From positions 868,001 to 932,000 of the forward strand of contig CAKKNE010000003.1 of NCBI GenBank assembly GCA_918797485.1: a stretch of DNA of 64,000 bases, read 5' to 3'. Below are positions 1-10,558 of the stretch, in pieces. Within the stretch, counting starts at the first letter, position 1; each line of letters starts with the position of its first letter. The notes below the pieces were generated by a model that had not been told where the DNA came from, did no database searches, and saw only the letters and a program-made list of their open reading frames with translations. Origin of the DNA: Pelagomonas calceolata (Eukaryota). A program made the translations under genes and the position numbers.

Positions 1-16
1 CTATAATCCGCGCGTG

Positions 17-763
17 ATGGCGTTCCGTGCCACAAGAGTGCTCACGAGGCATGCTCGACAACGTAGCTCGAGCGTAATTGCACAGCTTCCACGTGTAACG
101 AGGAGTGCCACCAGCACCACAGGTGGCATCACCCAGCGGTTTTGCACGCCGACGCGGCGCGCATTCGGCGCTGGCGGCCTCAGCGGCAGCGGACCGCCCG
201 GCGCACACACGGACGCCTCCGCATCGCGCCGCTCGTTCGGCGCGGGAAGCATCGGCGGCCGACCGCGCGACGACGACGACGACGACGACGCGAAATCAAT
301 GAGACGGCAGAAGTTTGATGCTTTCGTAGAACGCGGCAAGGAGCGGCTCGGCCCCGAGCGCGTCGAGCGCCTCGAGCGACTGAACGAGAAACGCAAGGTC
401 CACGCGGCCTACGTCCGAGAGGCCGGCAAGGGCTCGGAGCTGTCCATGAGCGAGCGCATGAAGCGGCTCGTGTCGGCTTACGGGCCCTTGGCGCTCGGCT
501 TCCACGTCACTACCGAGGTTGTTGTTTGTGGCCTCTTCTATTTAGCCGTGGACCACGGCCTGGACGTGGGCGCGCTCCTGCGGGTGGTTGAATCGATGAC
601 GGGCACAGACATGTCTACAGTCGTGTCTTCCGGCGCCGGGACCCTTGGAGTGGCCTACGCGCTCACGGTGGCGCTGACGGGCATCCCGCGGACGTTTCTC
701 ACCATCGCGGCGACGCCGTACATCGCGCGGAAGCTCGGCTGGCGGCCCAAGAAGGATGTATGA
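17..763 (+). CDS. Mitochondrial DUF1279/FAM210-like membrane protein
   Basis: Arg/Ser/Thr-rich transit-peptide-like N-terminus. The C-terminus RMKRLVSAYGPLALGFH...GLDV...AYAL...PRTFLTIAATPYIAR follows the FAM210/DUF1279 pattern. First ATG at 17. Confidence 0.75.
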   Translation: MAFRATRVLTRHARQRSSSVIAQLPRVTRSATSTTGGITQRFCTPTRRAFGAGGLSGSGPPGAHTDASASRRSFGAGSIGGRPRDDDDDDDAKSMRRQKFDAFVERGKERLGPERVERLERLNEKRKVHAAYVREAGKGSELSMSERMKRLVSAYGPLALGFHVTTEVVVCGLFYLAVDHGLDVGALLRVVESMTGTDMSTVVSSGAGTLGVAYALTVALTGIPRTFLTIAATPYIARKLGWRPKKDV

Positions 764-894
764 AGCGACGCCGTCGACGCGAGGCGCCGAAAAAAAGGCC
801 GTTGATGCGGCGGCGAACGCCGTCGACGGGGCACATAACTGTTGTGGTTGTCTAGAAATTAGTACGCCACCGCTCTAGATCGGGGCTCGGATCC

Positions 895-1482
895 TCAGAG
901 GCTGGGCCACTTGAGCGACCCGACGTCGACGGACTGCAAATCGGAAGCGGAGGGCGTCTGCTTCGTGTCCAAGTACAGCTTGCCCGCGCGCGCGCCCGAG
1001 ATGACGACCACGGAGATGAGCACGGCGAAGATGTCCGTCGGGATGGAAAAGATCTTGAACGTGAGGAGCATGCCCACCAAGGCGCCCACGGCCGCGCCCG
1101 GCAGCGCCGTCTCGATGCAGGCGCCGTACGAGTCCGCCGGCCGCGAGTACGCGTCCGTCGACGGCGCCGCGGCGAACCAGCCCAGCGCGAAGACCACAGC
1201 CCCGTAGACGCCCGCGAACAGCAAGCCGCAGAAGGCCGCGGCGGCGACGTCGATGAGCGCGCGCTCCTGGTTGTCCTTGAGGACGTCCAGGTTCTTCGAG
1301 CCGAAGGCCTTGGCGCTGTCGAGGTCCAGGTCGCCGACCTTCTCCTGGACGAGTTTGGCGACGTCCTCGGGCTTCTCCAACCCGAGCTTGTCGAGGGGGT
1401 TGTTGGCCAGAGGGGCGAGGCGCGTCGGGCGCGGGCCGACGAAGGCCGCGGCGGTGCCGACGAGGGCGAGCTTCGACCACAT
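895..1482 (-). CDS. Plastid-targeted small membrane protein, unknown function
   Basis: Signal peptide ending AAA|FV (ASAFAP-like), transit-like segment, and about 3 hydrophobic helices; GC3-rich codon use. Confidence 0.7.
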   Translation of the reverse strand: MWSKLALVGTAAAFVGPRPTRLAPLANNPLDKLGLEKPEDVAKLVQEKVGDLDLDSAKAFGSKNLDVLKDNQERALIDVAAAAFCGLLFAGVYGAVVFALGWFAAAPSTDAYSRPADSYGACIETALPGAAVGALVGMLLTFKIFSIPTDIFAVLISVVVISGARAGKLYLDTKQTPSASDLQSVDVGSLKWPSL

Positions 1483-2100
1483 CGTCTGTCTTTGGCGCTA
1501 TGTGCTAGACCTGCGCGCGCGATCCTTTTCAGCGTCTGGCGTCGAGCGGCGCGACGCGTTCGCGGCGTAGTTGTGTGTCTGCTGCTGCCGGGCAATGCGT
1601 CTCGTCCCGGCGTCTGCGTCCGCGGCGCGGGCCGGCGTTTCGCCCAGTGACTATGACTCGATGTGTGTTGGCTGCTGCCAGACGGCGGGTCGGCGGCGCG
1701 GTTTAATCGGCTACGCCCTAGCCGCGGCTCCTGAGATGGCGCCAAGGCAGCAGCTGCCCTCCAGCTCGCTCGCATAGCATCGCTGAGCACTGCCGCCGCG
1801 CGAGGGCCAGCACACATGTCTAGGCAATGCGTCCGAGGCTGAATTTGCTTCTGGCGCTGGATTCCTGCCTCGTGGTCGGGCTTTATGAGGCGGAGAGTCT
1901 GATCAAATCCAGCAATTAATTAATGGATTTAGCGTTTCGAAGAGACCTCAACGCACCCGTTGCGAGGTCTTCGGGGACCTTGGCAGGTCCGTCGTACGGG
2001 TAAGCAACAGCCGAACTCCCGAAATTAAGAAACACAGACGCCGCGCGGTCCGCGCCCGGCGCCCGTCTAGAATACGCCATCGACGCGCCATATACAAAAC

Positions 2101-3417
2101 TTATATCTTACCCACCATTCCCTCGTAAAACTCCTGCTTCTCGCCCGAGTCCGTGGAAGGCACGGCCAGCTCCACTTTCACGACGAAGTCCCCCCGCTCG
2201 TCCGACGGTCCTGAATCCTCGACATCAAAGTGCCGGAAGCCCCTTTGCGACACGCGCAGCTCCGTTCCTGGGGGAGAGGGTTCCGTCCGGTTGAAGACAA
2301 TTAACGACCCATCTAAGTGCTCCACGACGCGCTGAAAGCCGAAGACCATCTCAGCCGCGTCTACTTTTTCCACAACAACTAAATCATCTCCCGTACGCGT
2401 GAAGTTCTCGTGTTCCTCAACATGCACTCGCAAAACAAGTGGACCGGGCTCGAGCTGCGCCCGGAGTTGCCCGCGTTCCGGTTCTAGTTTAGTTTCACCT
2501 AGACCTTCTCGTCGCAAGGTCCAGCCGTCTTGGACACCCTCAGGTAGAGCGATGGAGAACCAGCGTTCCTCGGATTGTAACCGAGCACCGCCACATCCAA
2601 CACAAGCATGTTCTGGGAGCCACGTCTCGCCCCACCCCCCACACTTGCCGCACTTCGTCCTGCGACTTTCGCCGATTGACTCATTGTGGGGCCGCCACGT
2701 CGCGTGCCTCAAACCCGTGCCGAAGCACCGGTCGCACTGGATGATTTTCGCTGCAGGCGCGCCGAGACCACCACACACCGGACATTTTATACGTCTTTTC
2801 ACGGCGAACTTGACGAGCTTGCCTCCCTTATACGCTTCCAGTAAGTCCAACGTGACGTCCGCAAAAATCTCGGGGCCCGGGACCTTGTTCGCTGGAGAGA
2901 CCTCGGTCCGACTTCTTACATTACCTCGCGTGACTTGCAGGTCGAACGACGCCCCGACATCCCTTAATTCCGAAAAGCGCGCTCGTACGGGAAACTGCGG
3001 TTGGGGCTGGCAGTCCTGGATGCGCCACCGCTCCGACGCGACGTCTTCCGTGAGGGACGACGCCGAGATGGAAACAGCAGTCGTTTCTACGGGTGCGGAA
3101 GACGAGCCCTGCGTGAACTCGTCGACGAGCCGCCCCTGGTCCAGTCTTGCGCGCCAGACCGTCTTGGAGCAGCCCTCAGCTAAAATAGCCGCTCCCTTCG
3201 AGATCGGCGCCGCGTGTTTTATTTCTTCACCGCTCGACGACAGACGGTAGGTCTGCACTGGTAGCGAGCCGTCGTTCCAGATCTGGACCATTTCTGGCGG
3301 GTCGCACAAATCGGTAGCGGACCTGGCCTCTCGGGTGGCCAGGGGGCAGGGCCTCGCGGCGGCGGACGCGACGAGCGCTGCCGTTCCAAGCCTGCGGCGG
3401 CGGCGGCGGCGTGCCAT
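2101..3417 (-). CDS. DnaJ-like protein (CxxCxGxG zinc finger + DnaJ C-terminal domain), no J-domain seen
   Basis: Four motifs CPVCGGLG, CDRCFGTG, CGKCGGWG, CVGCGGAR. C-terminal PGPLVLRVHVEEHENFTRTGDDL...VEHLDG...RGDFVVKVEL. No HPD motif. Confidence 0.8.
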   Translation of the reverse strand: MARRRRRRRLGTAALVASAAARPCPLATREARSATDLCDPPEMVQIWNDGSLPVQTYRLSSSGEEIKHAAPISKGAAILAEGCSKTVWRARLDQGRLVDEFTQGSSSAPVETTAVSISASSLTEDVASERWRIQDCQPQPQFPVRARFSELRDVGASFDLQVTRGNVRSRTEVSPANKVPGPEIFADVTLDLLEAYKGGKLVKFAVKRRIKCPVCGGLGAPAAKIIQCDRCFGTGLRHATWRPHNESIGESRRTKCGKCGGWGETWLPEHACVGCGGARLQSEERWFSIALPEGVQDGWTLRREGLGETKLEPERGQLRAQLEPGPLVLRVHVEEHENFTRTGDDLVVVEKVDAAEMVFGFQRVVEHLDGSLIVFNRTEPSPPGTELRVSQRGFRHFDVEDSGPSDERGDFVVKVELAVPSTDSGEKQEFYEGMVGKI

Positions 3418-3876
3418 CGGTGCTATCGTCGTCTGTGGACCATCTCTAGGCTGCCCTTTCGACGAATGCGGCGCTCACAGAGTGCGGCGCCGGACCTGCC
3501 TGCCCAGCGCTTTCGACATGAACGCGGGGCTAAAATTTGGATTTGGAGGCCACAGGCAGATCGTTCCAAGATTCCGAAGGACTTCTGGGAGCGGGTCTGG
3601 CAAACGCGCTCTCCCGCTTTGCGACTTTGCGAGAGAGGCAGGCTTGGCATGCGGGCGTCGCGTCGCAGCGTTCAGCCAACGCGTTTCAGTGCTCGGCGAG
3701 CGGAACGCAGTCGCAGCAACACATATTGATCATTCGGACGTTTCTGGGCTCGGCAGCGACGCGTGCGCTGGAAACAACGCCTGCAGCACCAAGGGCTTGC
3801 AGGCGTTTTGCACCAATCGCCGCGAAGCGCGCGGTCCGAGCACGCTCACCGCCGCGAGACGCGGCCGCTGCAAACA

Positions 3877-5453
3877 ATGATCGCGTCGACGAGCGCCGCC
3901 GCCTGGGCGTTACTCCTCGTCAGCCTTTGTTATTGCGCCTACCGCCTCGTCCACTACCAGAACAGAGATAAACCGTTAGGACGAAGGGAGTCCGTACCTT
4001 TATCACAATTGGAGCACGCTTCTTTGAGAACAGTGGACACGGTCCACGCCCTCGCCGAGGAGCTGCCGGCCGTCGCCATCGACCAGGTGGTGCAAAAGGC
4101 GCAAATCCACGGCGACCAGCTCAAGCTGGGCGAGGCCTGCGGCGCGACGGCCGCAACCAAAGAAGGGCAGCTCGCGAAGCGCAGCACGAAGGGCCAGTGG
4201 CAAACTCGATACGTGGCTCTGTCGTCAACTCATTTGGTGTATGCGGCCTCGAAGAAGCAAAGGAAGCGGACGCGCTTCGCCTTACCCTTGGAGAACGTCA
4301 CGTCCGTCGCCGCGTGGCACGATGCTGATAGTTTCGTCGTCACATCCGCAAGGGGAAATGAATTGACGCTCCGAGCGTCTTCCGTAACAATAGCTGATGA
4401 CTGGATGGCCGCCATCAGAGGAGCTGTGGAAAAGCGACGAAGGGACCGGCACGAGGTACTGAGCGAGGAGGACTATCTAGATGCGTCGGAACGGGCGAAG
4501 GTCGAGGCTTTACGGGTAAGGTGCAAGGACGACCCTTCATTGCAGAGGGACCACTTGTTGGAAGATGCGAATCTCGTACGATTCGTAAGAGCGAGAGATG
4601 GGAATGTGAATAAAGCGGAGAAGATGCTCAGGGACCACGGGCAGTGGCGCGACGAGTATGGGTTTGGAGAGTTATTGGCTGCTGGGAAGACGCCGGAGGA
4701 CGCCTTTATAGAGAGATGGTGGCCGGATGGGTTGTTGGAGGGTTCGGACTTGAAGGGCAGACCAGTACAACTCATACGACTAGGCAAGGCCGACTTACCA
4801 GGAATAGAAAGAGAAGTAGGAAGAAAAAAATGGATCGAGTACTGCTGCCTGAAGAACGAGGCCCTGTTCGAAGAAATAAGAAGGCGCTGCCTCGCACAGA
4901 ACACCTTCGAGACCTCCGCACCGCTCATCATGGACATGAGAGATTTAGGTACGCACCACGCCTGGGGCGTGCCGTTGTTTAAGGCGATGCTCGACGTGAC
5001 CGAGCCGAACTTCCCGGAACGACTGAGCGCGACGTACATCGTGAACGCGCCGGCGGTCTTCTCCTGGTTGTACGGCATGGTCAAGGGTTTTTTGAATCCG
5101 GGCACGGCGGCGAAGGTGCAAGTTTTTGGGGCGTCCGACGATCACCTGAAGGCGCTGCTCGAGGTCATGCCCCTGGCGACGATACCCGTTGATTTGGGCG
5201 GGGAGGCGCCGTTGCCGAAGAACGTGTCCGTGGGCGGCACGGTGCGCGCGCGGCGTCCTTCTACCATGGGTGGCGTCGCGGCGATGGCGTGCGGGGATAG
5301 AAATATACCGTCACACAGGTTCCGAAGGGAGCGTTAGCGGACCTCCGGGGCACGCCCGGCGAGCCCGCCGTCGCCGTCGACCGGGCCGTCGCGGAGCCTG
5401 AACCCGAGACCTGGGGCGCCTACGACACGCGGGTGGCCGAGGGCGAAACGTAA
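3877..5453 (+). CDS. N-terminal TM + PH domain + CRAL-TRIO/Sec14 lipid-binding protein; exons 3877-5241 and 5319-5453
   Basis: PH motif KEGQLAKR..WQTRY...DDWMAAI; Sec14 motifs LVRFVRARDGNVNKAEKML, NFPERL...IVNAP, IPVDLGG. A GT..CACACAG intron at 5242-5318 restores VGGT|VPKG. Confidence 0.85.
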
Positions 5454-5468
5454 GTCACAATACTTTCA

Positions 5469-7586
5469 TTACCCCTGGGCGCCCCGGAAGGGCCCGCGCC
5501 GCGCGTACCTAGCGAGCAATTCCCGCCGTTCTTCCTTGGTGGGGATTTTATCGGCGGAAAGACGCGTGTCCCAGGCCCCCGACCGCGTGATCGGCCGGAT
5601 CACTTGACCGCCCGTCAATTCCGGAGCCGGTCGCAGCCCCAGGCCCACGTCGTGCGCCGCGACGGCCAGATCCCGCGCGATCTTGGGCGAGACAATCGAG
5701 TCCTGCTGATACTCAGGATGTTCCGTGATAAACTTTCTGATCCAAGAAGCCCCCGTCACGGCCTCGCCCGAGGCCTTCTTCCGGACTAACTCGATATACG
5801 TCGACAACCTTGCAAGGGTATCACCGTCGCAGCCAATGTGATCCAGATACGCATAAGCTAATGGTGCCAAGCCGGGAAAATAGTCCCCCTTCCCGTCGAT
5901 AATTTCCAAGCAGGTCATCTCCTCAAACACATCATCGTCGTCGCCGCCGCAGCAGTTGACGAACTTTTGCGCTTCACTCACTTCGTTCGGGGCGAGTTGC
6001 CTCCGGAAGTAGAATTTCTCCGATGTTGCTGCGTTCATGCGTTGTGCTCTTCGCATATTGGCATCCACTCTACTAAGAGGTACATATAACGACAGATCAA
6101 ACGCTAAAATCACTCGCGTCACCAAAACCGTAAAAACGGAGAACGCGGCATTTTCAAAGTCCGTCAGTTGCACCTCCATCGGCCGAAATTCCGTGCGCCA
6201 GCCCGGCTCCCGTTCCGCTGGATTGGAATCAATACCGCCTATTCCTAGACCGGTGGGCGGCTTGAGTCGCACGGTGTTCCAGTTCGTACTCTGGAGGTTG
6301 TCGAAGTGGTCCGTGGCTGTGGTATCATCTACCTCCTCGATCAGACCCTCAAACAACACCAACGGATCTCGCACGAAGAGGTGGGCCACGTGCCGTGATA
6401 ACGCTTCGTCGACGCCGGCGGCCTTGAGTTTGTTATATGCTTGTTCATCAATCGGCGCGTCGACGTCGCAGAAGCGCCGGACCTGGCCCGCAGGGCCGTC
6501 GCACTCGAAGGCATATCTGCTTATAGAGGAATATCTTGATCGCGGGAGTTGTCTGACACCTGAGCCGGCTAGTCTATCATCACTGTCGGAGAGCCCGCGT
6601 CCGTCTTCCGCCGGCGTGCGGTCGTCCACCGACGCGGAAATGATGTCCCACCTCGCATCGGTAGCTGCTAGGACGCCCCGCCAGCACGGCGACGCCGCCG
6701 TCAACGCGAGCATGACGGGAGCTAGTGCCGCGAGTTGGTCATAACAATATCTAGCCTCTGTCGAGTCTCGCGCCTGGAACGTAACTTGCACGCAGCAGGC
6801 GCCCATGCCGTAGGCCATGGCGTCCAGGCCTTCTATGGTTGTGGGTGCGTCGCGCGGCGTCTTCGTATCCACAAACCGCGGCGGCCTAGCTCGTACATTT
6901 TCTCCTCCTCGCCGCGCCCTTATGTTCTTCGTTAACGTCGCGAATCGGGGATGGGGGTGGATGACGGCGTCCGGCACCGATTCAGACCGCGCCACGGGCC
7001 CGTTCGGCGCCAGGTCCGCACACCCCGTCGCGAAGTCGCCGACGCCGAACCCCGGAAACGTCACGAGCGTCGGGCAGATCTCGTCCTCGGCCAACTCCGA
7101 CAGTAGTCTCCTCCGTCGCAGGCGCATGTTCCGTTCGACCCGACACAGGTCGGCGGCGTACCCGCCGTACGGCCGCGACGGCGTCCCCTCGACCATCCAC
7201 CGCCCGTACTCGGGATGCCAGGCGCAGCCTTCCGTGCGATACGAATGCGCCTCCTCCTTCGTCGCGAGGGCGTCGCGGATCTCCGGGCCTCGCAAACTGA
7301 TCTTCGCTTGCTTATCCGTAACTCGGAGGATCGCGTACTCCACTTCATCGCCCCAGAGCAAGTCGTCGTCTCTTGTCAGCGTCTGGCTCCGGCGCCACAT
7401 CTCGATGAACTGGTCGATGCCATGTTCGCGGACGTACGCTAACCGGTCGAGAGCATCGGGCCAGTTTAGCGGCGTGCCCACGGTGAGGACGGCTTTGCGT
7501 TGAGTGAGTTTCGGCGCCGGGCTCGGTGGCGCCAGCAGGGCCGTCGCTACGTGCGCCGTGCACAGCGCCCAGGCGGCGCCGCGCAT
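5469..7586 (-). CDS. GCLC: Glutamate-cysteine ligase catalytic subunit (animal/fungal GCS type) with putative plastid presequence
   Basis: LTVGTPLNW, LLWGDEVEY, WHPEYGRWMVEGTP, HPRFATLTKNIRARRG, DAMAYGMGACCVQVTFQ, DHFDNLQSTNWNTVR, GWRTEFRPMEVQLTDFENAA. Confidence 0.95.
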   Translation of the reverse strand: MRGAAWALCTAHVATALLAPPSPAPKLTQRKAVLTVGTPLNWPDALDRLAYVREHGIDQFIEMWRRSQTLTRDDDLLWGDEVEYAILRVTDKQAKISLRGPEIRDALATKEEAHSYRTEGCAWHPEYGRWMVEGTPSRPYGGYAADLCRVERNMRLRRRRLLSELAEDEICPTLVTFPGFGVGDFATGCADLAPNGPVARSESVPDAVIHPHPRFATLTKNIRARRGGENVRARPPRFVDTKTPRDAPTTIEGLDAMAYGMGACCVQVTFQARDSTEARYCYDQLAALAPVMLALTAASPCWRGVLAATDARWDIISASVDDRTPAEDGRGLSDSDDRLAGSGVRQLPRSRYSSISRYAFECDGPAGQVRRFCDVDAPIDEQAYNKLKAAGVDEALSRHVAHLFVRDPLVLFEGLIEEVDDTTATDHFDNLQSTNWNTVRLKPPTGLGIGGIDSNPAEREPGWRTEFRPMEVQLTDFENAAFSVFTVLVTRVILAFDLSLYVPLSRVDANMRRAQRMNAATSEKFYFRRQLAPNEVSEAQKFVNCCGGDDDDVFEEMTCLEIIDGKGDYFPGLAPLAYAYLDHIGCDGDTLARLSTYIELVRKKASGEAVTGASWIRKFITEHPEYQQDSIVSPKIARDLAVAAHDVGLGLRPAPELTGGQVIRPITRSGAWDTRLSADKIPTKEERRELLARYARRGPFRGAQG

Positions 7587-7808
7587 GTTGCAGAGCTCTG
7601 ACAGCCACTGAGTGCAAGTTGTTGCGGAGCTTTCTGGCAAGGGATGGACACCGACGGACTGCTGCGCCCGAGGCGACGGCGAAGCAGAGCCGGTCGGTGG
7701 GGTGTAACGACAATGGGTGTGCGAGCAATGCGGCACACCAAGCGAAGCGTGTCTTGCCCCGATTTGCTAGTATGTTACTGGACGTTAGCGGCGACTCCCG
7801 AGCCGAGC

Positions 7809-7883
7809 ACCACGCCGCCTTACCACGCCGCCTTACCACGCCACCACGCCTTACCACGCCACCACGCCTTACCACGCCTTACC
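7809..7883. repeat. Imperfect minisatellite of ACCACGCC(GCC)TT units
   Basis: Seen directly: accacgccgcctt x2, accacgccaccacgcctt x2, accacgcctt, acc. Confidence 0.9.
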
Positions 7884-7987
7884 AATTCCACCGCCCCAGG
7901 GTGGTCTGTCGGAAACTGTCGGAATACGCAACCCCGCACGTGTCTTACCTGTACAGGTCGCTAGCGCACAGGAATCATCAACACAAC

Positions 7988-8872
7988 TTACCCGCCCGAC
8001 TCGGACGACCCGCCCGACGACGAGTCATCCGCATAGACCTCGTCCTCGTCGTCGTCGCCGCCGAAGACGACGTGGCTCGTGGCCTTCCTATCTATATCGA
8101 TCTTGAGCTTTTGTTGTTTGGGCCGCGGGCGCACGGGCGCCGGTAAAGCGCCGGCGGCCTCGCGCCACTTCCGCAGCGCCGCGTCCGCTTCTTTGGCGTG
8201 CTCTGCGTCCAATGCATCGTCGACGTCCAACAAAGGCACCTTCGCGCAATTCAAGCGGTCGCGCAGCGCCCTCAGTAAATCGCCCCGCGTCACCGACGAC
8301 ACGTCGCGGATTTTGAGCGCGGCTTCAGCCGAGGACCGGCCCTCCCCCGCCCGCGACACGACACATTTCTTCTTGCGGACGTCATCGGGACCCAATTCAA
8401 TGCGCCACTTCACGCCGACCTCCTCCCAGAAGGCCAGTTTCTGGCCCGGCGACTTTGTGTGGGTCCGGTCGACCCAGATGTCGAGCTTGGCGGCAGCCAA
8501 CAGCCGCTTGATGCGCTCGGCCTCGCCGACCACCGCCGCTTCTTCGCCCGGCCGCTGCCGCCAGAAGATGGGCACTATCACGACGTCGTGGGCCCGTCGA
8601 CTCGCGGCTTCCGCGTCTCTTGCATTTCGCTGTTTATTAAAGTCGTTCCTTCCTTTATCTTTGAACTCGCGTCGGCGCCAGGCGGCGCCGCTTCCATCAG
8701 CGCTTTTCGTGGGTTTCTCGTAGGTCGTGCCTTCTTTCTTGTGCTTCTTGCGCTGTTTTTTGGTGGGCGCGCCCTCGGCCTGGCGCTTGCGCGCGGCGGC
8801 CTGGGCCTCGCGCTGCTTCGCGCGGCGCGCGGCCTCGTCGGGGGGCACGGGGCCTTTCTTCTTCTTGGCCAT
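7988..8872 (-). CDS. Lys/Arg-rich protein with stand-alone ProRS-type (HGTP) anticodon-binding domain
   Basis: DVVIVPIF...IWVDRTHTKSPGQKLAFWEEVGVKWRIELGPDDVRKKKCVVSR resembles the ProRS anticodon-binding domain. No catalytic core is present. Confidence 0.75.
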   Translation of the reverse strand: MAKKKKGPVPPDEAARRAKQREAQAAARKRQAEGAPTKKQRKKHKKEGTTYEKPTKSADGSGAAWRRREFKDKGRNDFNKQRNARDAEAASRRAHDVVIVPIFWRQRPGEEAAVVGEAERIKRLLAAAKLDIWVDRTHTKSPGQKLAFWEEVGVKWRIELGPDDVRKKKCVVSRAGEGRSSAEAALKIRDVSSVTRGDLLRALRDRLNCAKVPLLDVDDALDAEHAKEADAALRKWREAAGALPAPVRPRPKQQKLKIDIDRKATSHVVFGGDDDEDEVYADDSSSGGSSESGG

Positions 8873-8996
8873 TTTTTGCCTCGCGGCGGTGGCGTGCTGC
8901 TTGCTGCACACTGCACGGTGCCTGCAGCTCTCGCTTTTTGCCTCGCGGCGGTGGCGTGCTGCTTGCTGCACACTGCACGGTGCCTGCAGCTCTCGC
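8873..8996. repeat. Perfect 62-bp tandem duplication immediately upstream of the ATG at 8872
   Basis: tttttgcctcgcggcggtggcgtgctgcttgctgcacactgcacggtgcctgcagctctcgc at 8873-8934 and 8935-8996. Confidence 0.95.
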
Positions 8997-9129
8997 TCTA
9001 GGGCCCGAGCCTTGCAGTTTTGAGGGCAGATGCTATCAAGAAGCGTGGATAGCCTACTTTTCCACGCGAGTCGTCTCTTATGACGATCCGCGCAGCGTTA
9101 TATCGCCAGCTGAACTTGGCAGTGGTTTT

Positions 9130-9152
9130 GCTAGTACCTTACGAGCGCTAGC
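9130..9152 (+). promoter_or_regulatory. CTAG bipartite upstream motif (gctagtaccttacgagcgctagc)
   Basis: Variant of the recurrent motif, midway between divergent starts 8872 and 9407. Confidence 0.6.
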
Positions 9153-9406
9153 TAACGATTCTACGCGCTAGAAATCGCGCTGGTGAAGCTACTGCGCGTT
9201 CCTGAACAGGATAAACCTGCGCAACTCAGTCACTGTGCCTCGGACCACCGTGCTGAGAAGTATCCGCAAGCTCCGTGCCGCCGAGGCTAAGTACAGCCCG
9301 GATAAGCAGCTTGCGGTAAAACGGCCGCCGCGGCCGCGCGAAGCACCCCCCACGCGCTCAGCGCCCCCAACGCCATCGACGCTACACCTGACAACCTCGG
9401 GAAACG

Positions 9407-10558
9407 ATGGTCGCCCCCTTCAAGGTCGGCGGCCTCCCCGCGGCCCCCGCGTGCGCGCTCCACAAGCTACGGTGGGGCAGCGACCCGCTCTTCACGCAAG
9501 AAAACACGGAGGAGGACAAGCCCGCGGCGGACAAGGGCGCCGCGGAGGAGAAGAATGATCAACCGCCGTCCCCGCCCAAGAGCGGCGGCATGAAACGAAC
9601 TCTAACAAAAACGCACGGCCTCACGTTAACAAACGACGAGGAGGAGCGGCGGAAGAAGCACGACAGTGGCGAGGCGCCGGGCGCGGGCTGGGCCCAACGA
9701 GATAAAAAAGGCGCCGGCGTCTGCCCCAAGGCCCTCGATTATGCCCTGCGAGAAGCCCAACAATCGCCTACTAGATCTATACACAGAGGCCATTCTGGAG
9801 GAGGCTTATCGAAGTCCGCCTCGGAGACCAGCGACGCGGGCGGCTGGGGCTTCTACAAGGACTGCGAGGGGACGCCCGGTGATAGTGCGTACCGCTTAGA
9901 TGCCGCGGCTCTCGAGAAGCGGGAAACGCCCGACTATGTCTTAGAAGACACGCTGGAGATGCAAGCGCTCTGGCACGCCACGGCGGGCACGCGCCCGGCC
10001 CAGCCCGCTCACGAGCGCAAACGCATGGAAGAGATCTGGAGTAAACAAATCGCGGAAAGCCAGGCCTGCAAGGACTTCAAGGAGAGTCCTCAGATCCTGT
10101 CGAACGAGAAGGACGTGAAGATCCTGGCGCGGGACGCGTCTCCGTTCGGTACGAGTGTGACGAAGAGCTGGCGGTGCGAGTGCTGCGGCGAACTTACCAG
10201 TATCATGGTGAGGATTCCGAAGTACCAGATCGTGCAGCGAGGGAAAGAAAGACCGCATGCGGAGTTCTTAGTTGTTGCTAGATTGGGTGCGGTGACGTTC
10301 GGTTTGTGGCGGCGGTACTCGCATTTCGAAGCATTAAATGAGAAAGTGACCAGGAATTTCCGAAGGGAGGACTATTCGAATACGCACTGGTCCTGGCGGT
10401 GTTTGAGACGTAGGCAACGGTGGTTTAGATGTTTGGACCGCGATTATTTGGCACTGAAGTGCTTCCTGCTCGAGCGGTTCCTGCACGATTTGGTGTTCGA
10501 GGCGCACAATTCGTCGGTCTTCGCGGAGTTCTTCGAGCTGGAGATCGCGTCGCACTGA
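9407..10558 (+). CDS. PX (Phox) domain-containing protein
   Basis: C-terminal YQIVQRG...EFLVV...WRRYSHFEALNEKV...LLERFLHDL...FAEFF follows the PX pattern. Confidence 0.75.
   Translation: MVAPFKVGGLPAAPACALHKLRWGSDPLFTQENTEEDKPAADKGAAEEKNDQPPSPPKSGGMKRTLTKTHGLTLTNDEEERRKKHDSGEAPGAGWAQRDKKGAGVCPKALDYALREAQQSPTRSIHRGHSGGGLSKSASETSDAGGWGFYKDCEGTPGDSAYRLDAAALEKRETPDYVLEDTLEMQALWHATAGTRPAQPAHERKRMEEIWSKQIAESQACKDFKESPQILSNEKDVKILARDASPFGTSVTKSWRCECCGELTSIMVRIPKYQIVQRGKERPHAEFLVVARLGAVTFGLWRRYSHFEALNEKVTRNFRREDYSNTHWSWRCLRRRQRWFRCLDRDYLALKCFLLERFLHDLVFEAHNSSVFAEFFELEIASH

Noticed and set aside
1939..1972. Imperfect hairpin agacctc-aacg...cgtt-gc-gaggtct
   Set aside because: Single, short, and no recognisable ncRNA family features.
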